Origin: Alphaproteobacteria bacterium
GTDB taxonomy: Bacteria; Pseudomonadota; Alphaproteobacteria; Caulobacterales; Caulobacteraceae
NCBI GenBank assembly: GCA_018820205.1
Contig: JAHJOK010000005.1
Span: 69,453-133,452 of the forward strand
Reading direction: 5' to 3'
Length of the DNA: 64,000 bases
Below the pieces are notes generated by a model. That model was not told the origin of the DNA and searched no databases. It saw nothing but the letters and a program-made list of their open reading frames with translations. Of this stretch, positions 10,197-19,918 are shown piece by piece. A program made the position numbers and the translations under genes. The first letter of the stretch is position 1. Each line of letters starts with the position of its first letter.

Positions 10197-10359
10197 TCCA
10201 GCGACCGACCTTCGGCGTCGCCCGATCCGTCTGGAGCCGGCGGGCCTTGTGATCGAGGGGCGAAGAGCGTCGGCGCACCCCAACAAATGACCGGTAACCG
10301 ACTTTTCAGGCGAGCGTAACCCACCGGAAACACTCGAGAACCTTGGCGCGTTTCGTTGA

Positions 10360-10384
10360 GGAACTTCGCCACCGCAAAACCATT
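10360..10384 (+). promoter_or_regulatory. EcfG/SigT-like promoter upstream of GT4
   Basis: GGAAC-N16-CATT, 40 nt upstream of the ATG. Confidence 0.6.
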
Positions 10385-10424
10385 GATGCTTACGGCCCGG
10401 CTGAGCGGGTCGGAGCAAGCCATC

Positions 10425-11537
10425 ATGAAAATCGCCCAGGTCACGCCGCTGTACGAGGCGGTTCCTCCGAAGCTCTACGGGGGCACCGAACGGGTGGTGG
10501 CCCACCTCACGGATGCGCTTGTCGACCTGGGGCATGACGTGACCCTGTTCGCCTCGGCGGAGGCCCAGACGCGGGCGCGCCTCATCCCGGTCCGTGACCA
10601 GGCGATCCGTCTGGATCCAGCGCCGCTGAAATCCGACCTCGCCTCGCATATGACCATGCTGTCCGAAGTCCTGCGTCGGGCGGACGACTTCGACGTCATC
10701 CATTTCCACACCGACATGATCCACTTTCCGTTCTTTCAGCGGATCGCGAACAAGACGCTGACGACGCTGCACGGGCGTCTGGACATGAAGGATCTGCCGG
10801 ATGTCTATGAGCGCTGGCCGGAGTTCGGCCTCGTCTCCATCTCCGATGATCAACGGCGCCCGTTGGCGGGTGCGAACTGGAAGGCCACGGTTCACCACGG
10901 GATGCCGGCGGAGCAGTATCAGTTCGCCGACACGTCGGAGGGATACCTGGCCTTTCTCGGCCGGATATCACCGGAAAAACGGCCGGATCGGGCGATCGAG
11001 ATCGCGACAAAGCTGGGCAAACGGCTGAAGATGGCGGCCAAGGTCGACGCGGCGGACAAGACCTATTTCGAAACGAAGATCAAACCCATGATCGACGGCA
11101 ACCCGTTGATCGACTTCATCGGCGAGATCGGCGACCACCAGAAGTCGGCCTTCCTTGGCGGCGCCGACGCCCTGCTGTTCCCCATCGACTGGCCGGAGCC
11201 GTTCGGACTGGTGATGATCGAAGCGATGGCCTGCGGCACTCCGGTCGTCGCCTTCCGTTGCGGTTCGACGACCGAGGTCATTGAGGACGGGGCGACCGGC
11301 TTCCTGGTCGATACGCTGGAACAGGCCGTCGCCGCCGCCGGCCGGGCGCCGCTGCTGGACCGCGAAGCCATCCGCGCGCGGTTCGAATTGCGGTTCTCGG
11401 CCACCGCGATGGCGCGGCGTTATCTGGATGTCTACGGCGACCTGCTGGCGCGACGGCCCTATGCGGAGACTGCTCTGGAAGAGCTGGTGACGCCGATCAG
11501 GCCTTTGAGCGAGGATCGAACCTTTGCCGTTGGATAA
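10425..11537 (+). CDS. Glycosyltransferase family 4 protein
   Basis: 'MKIAQV.PL.EAVPPKLYGGTERVV', 'GRISPEK', 'EPFGLVMIEAMACGTPV' (ExFG-x-E). Confidence 0.92.
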   Translation: MKIAQVTPLYEAVPPKLYGGTERVVAHLTDALVDLGHDVTLFASAEAQTRARLIPVRDQAIRLDPAPLKSDLASHMTMLSEVLRRADDFDVIHFHTDMIHFPFFQRIANKTLTTLHGRLDMKDLPDVYERWPEFGLVSISDDQRRPLAGANWKATVHHGMPAEQYQFADTSEGYLAFLGRISPEKRPDRAIEIATKLGKRLKMAAKVDAADKTYFETKIKPMIDGNPLIDFIGEIGDHQKSAFLGGADALLFPIDWPEPFGLVMIEAMACGTPVVAFRCGSTTEVIEDGATGFLVDTLEQAVAAAGRAPLLDREAIRARFELRFSATAMARRYLDVYGDLLARRPYAETALEELVTPIRPLSEDRTFAVG

Positions 11538-11547
11538 GCTGCGCCGC

Positions 11548-11572
11548 TGAACGCTTGCCGTTGTCGAACATT
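11548..11572 (+). promoter_or_regulatory. EcfG/SigT-like promoter upstream of the glucosidase gene
   Basis: TGAAC-N16-CATT in the intergenic gap. Confidence 0.45.
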
Positions 11573-11649
11573 AGACCGCCAAGCGGCCGCTAAGCGCCGC
11601 ATTCAGGGTGGACGCTCAGGTCAACCTTCAGGAGTCTGGCGGAGATCCC

Positions 11650-13797
11650 ATGGACGACAGCTATTCGGTCCAGAGCACGGCCGCAGAGGTCAGCGACACC
11701 GGCACCCTGGAAACCCTTCAGGCGCTGAAAGACGGCGACACCTTCCTGGTCGCCGACGGCTGGGGTGATCTGAAGGGCGGGGCCGACGGTCTTTTCGACA
11801 AGGATACCCGGCTGCTCTCGCGGTTCGTCATGACCGCGGGCATGGCGAGACCGTCACGACTGAGTTCGGGCGTTTCGCGCGACAACGTGTTCTTCACCGC
11901 CCACTCGACCAACCGCCCGCTGCCCCCTATGGGCGGACGGTCGGCGCCGGCGGGCGTACTCCATATCGAGCGCCGTAGATTCCTCTGGGATCGCCGGATG
12001 TTCGAGCGGATCCGGATGTCCAACCACGGCGTGGAGGATGTGCTGTTGCCGCTGGCGTTCGACTTCGGCGCGGATTTCGCCGACATCTTTCAGGTCCGTG
12101 GAACGCTGCGCGAGAAGCGCGGTACCCAGCGCGCCCCGACCCATGACGGTCGGCGGGTCGTGTTCAGCTACGTCGGCCTGGACGACGTCGAGCGCTCCAG
12201 CGTCCTGTCCTTCTCCGAGCCGCCCGCTCGCCTGAGCGGCGCACGGGCCGAATTCATGTTCAGCCTGCCGACCGGAAAGGGCGTGGACCTCTATATTGAG
12301 TGCGGAGCCGAGGCCTGTATCGCGCCGGACGCCGGCCGCTGGCGCCTGCATGCGCTGCAAGCCCGTCTGTCGATGCGACGCAGGCGGCGGCGCGGCGCGT
12401 CGCTGCGGGGGCCGCGAAGCCCGCTGTTCAACGCGTGGCTGGACCAGTCGCGCGCCGATATCGCCCTGCTGACCACCGACCTGCCGACCGGTCCATATCC
12501 CTATGCCGGCACCCCGTGGTTCTCGACCCCGTTTGGCCGCGACGGAATTCTCAGCGCCTGGCAGATGCTCTGGCTGGACCCCTCGCTTGCGCGCGGCGTG
12601 CTCGCCTACCTTGCGTCGCGTCAGGCGACCGAGGTTTCGGCATTTCGCGATTCCGCGCCCGGCAAGATCATGCACGAGACGCGCGGCGGCGAGATGAGCG
12701 CGCTGCACGAAGTGCCCTTCGGCCTCTATTACGGCGGCGTCGATACGACCTGCCTGTTCGTCGCCTTGGCCGGAGCCTATGCGCGCCGCACAGGCGACCT
12801 GGAACTGGTCCGCGCGCTGTGGCCCAATCTGGTCGCGGCGACCGAATGGATGCGGGATTATGGCGACAGCAACGGCGACGGTCTGATCGACTATGCCCGA
12901 GCCGCCGAAACCGGGTTGTCGAACCAGGGCTGGAAGGACTCCGAGGATTCCATCTTTCACCGTGACGGCCGCTTCCCCAAGGGGCCGATCGCCCTGCTGG
13001 AGGTTCAGGGTTATGCCTACGCCGCCTGGCTGGCCATGGCGGATCTGGGCGCCCGGCTGGGCGACGCGCGCGCGCCGGCATGGGGCGAACAGGCCGAGGC
13101 GGTTCGGCTGCTCGTCGAGGACCGGTTCTGGATGGAGGAGGAAGGCTTCTACGCCATCGCTCTGGATGGTGACGGCGAGCAATGCCGTTCCATCGGGTCG
13201 AACGCCGGGCACCTGCTGTTCACCGGATTGCCGTCCCGGGATCGGGCGGCCCGGGTCACCCAGCGGCTGCTGTCCAGCGAGTTCCGCAGCGGCTGGGGTC
13301 TGCGGACGCTGGCCAAGGGGCAGGCGCGGTTTAATCCGATGAGTTATCACAACGGCTCGGTCTGGCCCCACGACACCTCGCTGGGCGCCGCCGGCATGGC
13401 GCGCTACGGCGAGCGCTCCGCCGTGTCTGGCATCCTGGGTGAAATCTATACCGCCGCCAGCCACTTTCACATGCGGTTGCCGGAGCTCTTTTGCGGGTTC
13501 GAGCGCGAACCCGGCGAGGGGCCGATCGCCTATCCGGTCGCCTGTCTGCCTCAGGCCTGGGCGGCGGGATCGGCGTTCCTGATGCTCCAGGCGTCTCTCG
13601 GGGTCGACGTGAATGCGCTCGAGGGCGTGGTCACCGTCACCAACCCGACATTGCCGATGGGCGTGGACAGACTGACCGTATCCGACCTGCACGTCGGGTC
13701 GGCGAGCGTCGACCTGATCTTCGAGCGCATCGGCGAGGGCACTGTCATCATGCCCCGGTCCAAGATCGGCGACGTGCGGGTGACCACGATCCGCTGA
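11650..13797 (+). CDS. Amylo-alpha-1,6-glucosidase / glycogen-debranching-like (alpha/alpha)6 hydrolase
   Basis: 'PYAGTPWFSTPFGRD', 'PGKIMHE', 'NQGWKDS', 'YHNGSVWPHD', 'RLPELFCG', 'PQAWA'. ATG at 11650 follows GGAGA; ORF is open from 11608. Confidence 0.88.
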   Translation: MDDSYSVQSTAAEVSDTGTLETLQALKDGDTFLVADGWGDLKGGADGLFDKDTRLLSRFVMTAGMARPSRLSSGVSRDNVFFTAHSTNRPLPPMGGRSAPAGVLHIERRRFLWDRRMFERIRMSNHGVEDVLLPLAFDFGADFADIFQVRGTLREKRGTQRAPTHDGRRVVFSYVGLDDVERSSVLSFSEPPARLSGARAEFMFSLPTGKGVDLYIECGAEACIAPDAGRWRLHALQARLSMRRRRRRGASLRGPRSPLFNAWLDQSRADIALLTTDLPTGPYPYAGTPWFSTPFGRDGILSAWQMLWLDPSLARGVLAYLASRQATEVSAFRDSAPGKIMHETRGGEMSALHEVPFGLYYGGVDTTCLFVALAGAYARRTGDLELVRALWPNLVAATEWMRDYGDSNGDGLIDYARAAETGLSNQGWKDSEDSIFHRDGRFPKGPIALLEVQGYAYAAWLAMADLGARLGDARAPAWGEQAEAVRLLVEDRFWMEEEGFYAIALDGDGEQCRSIGSNAGHLLFTGLPSRDRAARVTQRLLSSEFRSGWGLRTLAKGQARFNPMSYHNGSVWPHDTSLGAAGMARYGERSAVSGILGEIYTAASHFHMRLPELFCGFEREPGEGPIAYPVACLPQAWAAGSAFLMLQASLGVDVNALEGVVTVTNPTLPMGVDRLTVSDLHVGSASVDLIFERIGEGTVIMPRSKIGDVRVTTIR

Positions 13798-13849
13798 TCG
13801 CAGCGGCGCAACCGCGGCCGCCTTGCCCCTCAGGAAACAGCCGGTTGCG

Positions 13850-13874
13850 GCAACGGTTCGGCACGCACGACGTT
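13850..13874 (+). promoter_or_regulatory. EcfG/SigT-like promoter upstream of ku
   Basis: GCAAC-N16-CGTT, 28 nt upstream of the ATG. Confidence 0.6.
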
Positions 13875-13902
13875 TCCGATCCGTTGAGAGCAGGAGATCA
13901 TC

Positions 13903-14766
13903 ATGGCGCCGCGACCGACCTGGCAGGGACATCTGAAGCTCTCCCTCGTGACCTGTCCGGTCGGGCTCTATACGGCCACGGCCTCGAACGCCCACGTGAG
14001 CTTCAACCTGATCAATCCGGCCACGAACAATCGTATCCGCATGGTGCCGACCGACCCGGACTCGGGACCCGTGGAGCGCTCCGATCTGGTCAAGGGCTAT
14101 GAGGTGTCGAAGGACGAATACGTCCTGTTCGACGATGCCGATTTTCAGAAGGTCAGGCTGGAGACGACCCACACCATCTCCATCGACAGTTTCGTCGACG
14201 AGGCCGAGATCGACAGACTTTACTGGGACGCGCCCTTCTTCGTCGTGCCGGACAAGGGCGTGGGAGCAGAGGCGTTCGCCGTCATCCGCGACGCCATGAA
14301 AGCGGCGGGCAAGATCGCGATCGGAAGTCTGGTGTTGCGTGGCCGCGAACGGCAACTGGCGCTGGAGGTCAGCGGCAAGGGCCTGGTCGCCTGGTCCCTG
14401 CGCGCCCACGATGAAGTCCGTGACGCCGCTGACTATTTCGACGGTATCCAGGCCGTGAAGGCCGACAAGGACATGGTCGAGATCGCTACCCGGATCATAT
14501 CCCAGAAAGAGGCTGATTTCGACCCGACGCACTTCAAGGATCGCTACGACGACGCGCTGCGCGAGATGATCAAGTCCAAACAGAAGGGCGGAAAGGGCGT
14601 GGTCGAGGTCGAGGCGCCGGAGGACACCAATGTGATCGATCTGATGGCTGCGCTTCGCGAGAGCCTCAAAGGCTCTGCGGCGGGCAAGAAATCGACGGCG
14701 AAAAAGCCGGCGCCCGCGAAAAAGCCCGCCGCCAGGAAGCCGTCAGCGAAGAAAAAAGCCGCCTAG
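13903..14766 (+). CDS. ku: Non-homologous end-joining protein Ku
   Basis: 'RPTWQGHLKLSLVTCPV', 'LVKGYEVSKDEYV', 'NVIDLMAALRESL', Lys/Ala-rich tail. Confidence 0.95.
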   Translation: MAPRPTWQGHLKLSLVTCPVGLYTATASNAHVSFNLINPATNNRIRMVPTDPDSGPVERSDLVKGYEVSKDEYVLFDDADFQKVRLETTHTISIDSFVDEAEIDRLYWDAPFFVVPDKGVGAEAFAVIRDAMKAAGKIAIGSLVLRGRERQLALEVSGKGLVAWSLRAHDEVRDAADYFDGIQAVKADKDMVEIATRIISQKEADFDPTHFKDRYDDALREMIKSKQKGGKGVVEVEAPEDTNVIDLMAALRESLKGSAAGKKSTAKKPAPAKKPAARKPSAKKKAA

Positions 14767-17288
14767 ACGCCCATTTTTTTCAGCGCTGGCCTCAGGCTGA
14801 CGGCGGCGCTGCGAAAGCCGGACCAGGCATCGGCCTTCTTCAAAAGGGCGGGCGCCGTATGGATCGTGAATGCTGCGGGGTTTAGCCCGACCCTCACCTG
14901 CCCCCAGGAAAGCGGAAAGGCGATGCCGGCGCCGGGGCGTGCGCGTGGCGACCATGGCGCCACAGCCGTCGCCATTCGACCGTTGCGCAGATAGTCCAGG
15001 AAGATCTTTCCCCCACGCGCCTTCTTGGCCAGCGTCGTCGTGAACCGGTCGGGCTGATCGGCGCGGATCGCCTCCGACACGGCCTTGGCGAACGCCTTGT
15101 TCTGGTCCCAGCTCACTTTCGAACGCCCATCGGCCTTTATCGGCGTGACGACGTGCAGGCCCTTGCCTCCGGTCGTCTTGACGAAGGGCGTCAGACCCAG
15201 ATCCTCCAGCTTCGCCTTGACCGTCTTCGCCGCCACGATGACGTCGTCGAAATCCAGACCGACATCGGGATCGAGGTCGAAGGTGATCTGTTCCGGCGTC
15301 TCGGGATCCCCGGGCGCGCAGCCCCACGGATGAAGCTCCAGCCCACCCGATTGTCCGATGGCGACCAGCCCTCCGACATCGACCACCGCGACGTACGGCT
15401 TGCGTTCGCTGACGTCGATCAGCTTCAGCCGCGGGTTCGATCCCGGCATGGCGTGGCGCTGGAAGAACTGCTCCCCGTCGATCCCCTCCGGCGCGCGGAT
15501 GATCGAGACCGGGCGATCGGCGACATGAGGCAGAATCCGCTCCGAGACGGCCTCGTAGTAGCGGACCAGGTCGGTCTTGGTGATTGCATCTTCTCCGTCA
15601 TGAGCGGGCCACAACACCTTGTCCGAGTTGGAGATTGTTACGCCTGCGACCACCAGCTTACCGGGCTTCACGGCCGACACCGGCTGGGGCGCCGCGTCCA
15701 CCTCGATCGCGTCCTTGTCTTCGCGCAGACCCTTGAACGCCCCCTGCCTTAGCGACCCGGTGTCGGTGTATCCGCCATGCTCGATCTCGGCGACCAGGAC
15801 CGGCTTCACCCAGTGAACCGACTCGCCCTTCGTCGCGCGCGGTGCTCCCTTGCCCGTAAAGGGACTGCGGTCGCTGGCGACGGTCTTCAACGCCGCCGTC
15901 AGAGCCTTGACCTTCGGCTCGCCGTAGCCGGTCCCGACCCGACCCAGGTGACGCAAGCCGCCCTTGTCCTGGACCCCGACGATCAACGAACGGAACCGGC
16001 CGTCGTTCGAGGTCCAGCCCCCGATCACCACCTCGTCCCGGCCACGGCATTTGGACTTGACCCAAGTCGCGGAGCGCCCGGCGTGATAGGGGGCGTCGAG
16101 GCGTTTCGAGATGACGCCTTCCAGGTCCATCCGGCATGCGCTCTCCAGGACGGCCTTGCCGCTGGAGGCGAAGTGATCGACGAAGCGAATTCGAGTGCTC
16201 GCCGCCTTGGACAGGCGGTCCAAATAGGCCTGCAACCGCGCCTTGCGATGCGACAGCGGCAGACCGCGCAGATCCTCGCCCCCCTCGAACAGAAGGTCGA
16301 AGGCGAAATAGATCAGTGCGTCGGTATCCTCCTCCGAGATCGCCGCCTGCAGGGCCGAAAAGTCCGGCATGGAGTCTTCGGCCAAGGCGCACAGCTCTCC
16401 GTCGATCACCGCGTCGGGCCACCGGGCCGCGTCGGCCGCCAGCTCGGGAAATTTGGCGGACCAGTCCAACCCCTTGCGCGTCCGCAGGGTCGCCCGGCCG
16501 CCGCCTACGCCGATCTGCAGACGATAGCCGTCGAACTTGATCTCGTGCGCCCAGCCCGCCCCGCCCGGCGGATGATCGGCGACCTTGCACAGCTGGATGT
16601 CCACAAAGGGGTGGGGGCGTTTCGCTGCGGAAGCCTGAGCCCTGGTCGCCTTCGGCCGGGGCGGTCCCTTTCGTCCTGTCGGCCTGGACGAGGTCCACTG
16701 TTTCCGCCCATCGGCGATCTGCGCCATCGTCCGGCCGGTCGTCACCGAGGCGTCGATCTCCATGTTGGCGTCGCCCTCGCCCTCGACCGCATGTTCGTCC
16801 TTTTCCTTGATCAGCAGCCAGTTGTTGCGCTTGCTCGGCTTGCCCCGGTCCGTCTTCAACCGGATCAGCGCCCACTTTCCCTTTAGCCGTTCGCCGTCCA
16901 GCACCATCTTGATCTGACCACGCGCGAACGCGGCGTCGAGATCGGGTTCCTGGGGCGTCCAGCTTCCCGTGTCCCACAGCTGAACCGTTCCGGCGCCGTA
17001 GTTGCCGTCGGGGATCGTTCCCTCGAACGAACCATAGTCGAGGGGATGGTCCTCCACCTCCACGGCCAGCCGCTTCACTTTGGGATCACGGGACGGCGCC
17101 TTGGTCACCGCCCAGGACTTCAAAACCCCGTCAGCCTCGATACGGAAATCATAGTGCAGCCGCGTCGCGGCGTGCCGTTGGATCAGGTAGGTCCCGGCCG
17201 CCCTTTGCGGCTTCGCCTTGCGGCCCTTCGGCTCGGGCGTCTCGCTGAAATTGCGTTTCGCCTGATAGGTATCGAGCTCGCCGCGCAT
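14763..17288 (-). CDS. ligD: DNA ligase D (phosphoesterase-ligase-polymerase)
   Basis: PE domain 'HAATRLHYDFRIE..SWAVTK', ligase 'HEIKFDGYR', POL 'FDLDP', 'KTTGGKGLHV', 'DYLRN'. Start taken at MRGELDTY. Confidence 0.95.
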   Translation of the reverse strand: MRGELDTYQAKRNFSETPEPKGRKAKPQRAAGTYLIQRHAATRLHYDFRIEADGVLKSWAVTKAPSRDPKVKRLAVEVEDHPLDYGSFEGTIPDGNYGAGTVQLWDTGSWTPQEPDLDAAFARGQIKMVLDGERLKGKWALIRLKTDRGKPSKRNNWLLIKEKDEHAVEGEGDANMEIDASVTTGRTMAQIADGRKQWTSSRPTGRKGPPRPKATRAQASAAKRPHPFVDIQLCKVADHPPGGAGWAHEIKFDGYRLQIGVGGGRATLRTRKGLDWSAKFPELAADAARWPDAVIDGELCALAEDSMPDFSALQAAISEEDTDALIYFAFDLLFEGGEDLRGLPLSHRKARLQAYLDRLSKAASTRIRFVDHFASSGKAVLESACRMDLEGVISKRLDAPYHAGRSATWVKSKCRGRDEVVIGGWTSNDGRFRSLIVGVQDKGGLRHLGRVGTGYGEPKVKALTAALKTVASDRSPFTGKGAPRATKGESVHWVKPVLVAEIEHGGYTDTGSLRQGAFKGLREDKDAIEVDAAPQPVSAVKPGKLVVAGVTISNSDKVLWPAHDGEDAITKTDLVRYYEAVSERILPHVADRPVSIIRAPEGIDGEQFFQRHAMPGSNPRLKLIDVSERKPYVAVVDVGGLVAIGQSGGLELHPWGCAPGDPETPEQITFDLDPDVGLDFDDVIVAAKTVKAKLEDLGLTPFVKTTGGKGLHVVTPIKADGRSKVSWDQNKAFAKAVSEAIRADQPDRFTTTLAKKARGGKIFLDYLRNGRMATAVAPWSPRARPGAGIAFPLSWGQVRVGLNPAAFTIHTAPALLKKADAWSGFRSAAVSLRPALKKMGV

Positions 17289-17310
17289 CCTTGGTCCCCT
17301 TCGACACAAG

Positions 17311-17335
17311 AACGCAGGACCCGCGTCGATGATCC
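17311..17335 (-). promoter_or_regulatory. EcfG/SigT-like promoter upstream of ligD
   Basis: Minus strand GGATC-N16-CGTT, 22 nt upstream of the ATG. Confidence 0.55.
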
Positions 17336-17515
17336 GGACGGCTCCGCACGCTCCGGACAGGGCTCTCTCGAACGCGCCTCTCCGCGTGTTGGAAGTCATG
17401 CGGCCGACCAGATTTCCGAAGCCCCAATCGCGGCTTTGACCTGACAACGCGGGCGACGGACTGCGCCGGCCGGTCTAGGTTGCGTGGCGAGTTCCGACAC
17501 ACCAAGGGCGACGGC

Positions 17516-18796
17516 ATGCTCCTGATACATCTTCTTCCGGCGCTCGCCGGACTGGCCTTGGCCTCCCCTCCCGCCTCGGCCGAGCGGCAGTCCAACCCAC
17601 CCGAAGCGGGACAACAGGCGGTCGCGTCTCGGCAGCAACCGGAGTCGGCCCCACAACGCGACAGCTTGGGCCGCGAACCGGCGGGGGCCGAGGCCGCCTC
17701 TGTTTCGGACAACGAAAATTTCCTGTGCGGCCCATACGGCCGGGCGACGCGGTTTGATGTTGCGAAAATCGTGACTGCGATGCGCAACGCCAACGGCGAA
17801 ACGGACGACCTGACCCTGGTCGCCGCCCATCGGGGCTACTGGGAGTTCGAACCGGAGAACTCCTGGCCGGCGATCTTTCGCGCCGGGTTTACCTGCCGCT
17901 TCGAAATCGTCGAGGTCGACGTCAAGCCCGCCAAGGACGCGCCGGTCGTGTTTCATGACTACGAACTGGAACGGGTCACCAACGGACATGGGCTCCTGTC
18001 CGAAATCACGGCCCAGGCCTTCACCGGCTTGCTGATGCGCGATCGACATGGGCTGACCAACCTTCAGACGGGCTCCCTCGCGCATCCCATGACGACGCGC
18101 TCGTTCCTTGCGCAGTACGGCGCCGAGATGATGAAGAACCGGCAATCGGACGGGCGGCTGTTCGGTCCCGTCATCGCGTTCGACATGAAGGCCGAGAACA
18201 CCGCCGACGTGTGGGGCATGGTCAAGACGGTGTGTGGTCAGATCACGGCGGTGGAACAGGAACAGATCGCCGGAAGTCTTCAGGGCGTGGTCTTCAAGGT
18301 CGAGTCGCGAAGCATGCCGGGGCTGCGCGACGACGTCGTCAATCTCGCCGCCACCTGTCCGTCGCTGAAGATGATCATCGTCCTCAACCCTCCGCGCGAC
18401 GGCGAGGCTCCGGACATCAATGACAAGGTGATCGACCGTTTCGCCGGTCTGGCGCAAATTGTCAGCTACGAAGTGAACTATCGCTATCCCGGCGATCCGA
18501 TGGGCCGGTATCTGACCGATGCGCGTTTGCGGTCGGTCGGAACCTTCTCGAACTACTATGAATTGCCGGAAGGCTTCGGCAGTTCGCGGGCGCGATGCTG
18601 CTTTGTGGCCAATACCGACGACAGGGCGGTTCGGACGCCGGGCCAGCCGCTGGATTATCGGGGACGATGGGATTGGTATCTGTCGCGTGACGTAGAAGGC
18701 GGCCGGCGCTTCAACCTCATCACGACCGACCGTCCGGACCTCGCGGTCGTGTACCTCGAGCGCCTCGGCCTGCGTCACACCGATCGTCTGCAATAG
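17516..18796 (+). CDS. Secreted glycerophosphodiester phosphodiesterase (GDPD)-family protein
   Basis: Signal peptide; 'AAHRG..PENS', 'VEVDV', 'VVFHD..LER', C-terminal 'ITTDRP'. Confidence 0.8.
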   Translation: MLLIHLLPALAGLALASPPASAERQSNPPEAGQQAVASRQQPESAPQRDSLGREPAGAEAASVSDNENFLCGPYGRATRFDVAKIVTAMRNANGETDDLTLVAAHRGYWEFEPENSWPAIFRAGFTCRFEIVEVDVKPAKDAPVVFHDYELERVTNGHGLLSEITAQAFTGLLMRDRHGLTNLQTGSLAHPMTTRSFLAQYGAEMMKNRQSDGRLFGPVIAFDMKAENTADVWGMVKTVCGQITAVEQEQIAGSLQGVVFKVESRSMPGLRDDVVNLAATCPSLKMIIVLNPPRDGEAPDINDKVIDRFAGLAQIVSYEVNYRYPGDPMGRYLTDARLRSVGTFSNYYELPEGFGSSRARCCFVANTDDRAVRTPGQPLDYRGRWDWYLSRDVEGGRRFNLITTDRPDLAVVYLERLGLRHTDRLQ

Positions 18797-18819
18797 ATCC
18801 CGCCCCAGGACCGTTGAAC

Positions 18820-19902
18820 ATGTTCGCAATCCTCATGGCCTCGCTGCTTCAGACCCAGCCCTGCACGACGCTCGACCAGTGTTATATCCAAGCCGGACAG
18901 AAGGTGGAGCGCGTGCTGACCGTCCAGTATGAGGACGTCGAGATCACCCAGACCGCCACGTCAGTCGATTGTCAGGGCCTGTATGTGAGTTGTCAGGATC
19001 TGGGAGAAGCTGTCGCGCTGAGGAGCCAGCGAGCAACCTGGAACTCCGTCAGCGGAATTTCAGGCCAAGGGTTCATCAGCGAGCAGAATGGGCGGTTCAC
19101 CGGATACAGCGGCCTGAGACCGCTCGAACGCATGCCGCTGAATCTCAGCGGCGTCGGGCCCGCCGGCTTCACCATCGCCCTGACATTTTCGCTGACCAAC
19201 CCCATCCATTCGCAGCGCATCGTCAGCCTGCTGGACGAGAACGGCAACGTCGCCTACGCGGTCGACTGGACCCAGGGATACTATCGCGGACCTTACTTCA
19301 TGTGGTTGCGCCGGTGGGCCACGACCGGCTCAGGTGACGACATTCTGCTGGAGGATCGCCCTTGGGACTATCACTCTGACACCGTGACGCGAGGCCCGCG
19401 TGAGTTTCAGGCGCGCCCCTCGCCGGCGGACCTGTTCGAACTGTATTTGACGTTTCGACCCGACGGTAAGGTCGAAGCGGACTGGTTCTCGATCTCGAAC
19501 ACCAGCCGCGACTTTCTGATCAGTCACCTTCAAGACTCAGGCGTGCCGGTCATCACCTATCCGACCCAGCCCGAGCAAGGCGCATGGTCGGCCCCCTCCT
19601 ACCGCAATTTCCGCACGCTGGTCGTCGGCGCCAACCAACAGAGCGACGTGCCGATCCTGCAGGCCGTGCACTTTCGCGAGGCTCTGACCATGAACCAGCG
19701 GATCGCCTTCCACAGCCGGAACCTGTTCTACAACATGCAAGGCAAGGAGGGCACCGCCCACCTGGCGCCGGACCAGCGGCCCTGCAACAGCGGCTGGTTC
19801 CTCCAGACGCTGGAGAACGAGACCTTCGAAACCGTCTGCGGACCGCGCCACGGCTTGCGTGCGTCGCCAACGGGCGGCGCGGCGGCCGCCTTCGACGAAT
19901 GA
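18820..19902 (+). CDS. Hypothetical exported protein, possible ConA/LamG-like beta-sandwich
   Basis: Short hydrophobic N-terminus, paired Cys; 'FTIALTF..QRIVSL..LYLTF..LVVGA..ILQAVHFREALT' resembles the LamG strand pattern. Co-oriented 23 nt after the GDPD gene. Confidence 0.5.
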   Translation: MFAILMASLLQTQPCTTLDQCYIQAGQKVERVLTVQYEDVEITQTATSVDCQGLYVSCQDLGEAVALRSQRATWNSVSGISGQGFISEQNGRFTGYSGLRPLERMPLNLSGVGPAGFTIALTFSLTNPIHSQRIVSLLDENGNVAYAVDWTQGYYRGPYFMWLRRWATTGSGDDILLEDRPWDYHSDTVTRGPREFQARPSPADLFELYLTFRPDGKVEADWFSISNTSRDFLISHLQDSGVPVITYPTQPEQGAWSAPSYRNFRTLVVGANQQSDVPILQAVHFREALTMNQRIAFHSRNLFYNMQGKEGTAHLAPDQRPCNSGWFLQTLENETFETVCGPRHGLRASPTGGAAAAFDE

Positions 19903-19918
19903 CCCCGCGCGCTCCGCC

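Noticed and set aside
11854-14532. Long antisense ORFs (also 19859-21928, 24626-26455, 32370-33950, 36551-38653, 45039-46817)
   Set aside because: Typical high-GC shadow frames opposite well-supported genes, with no recognisable domains.
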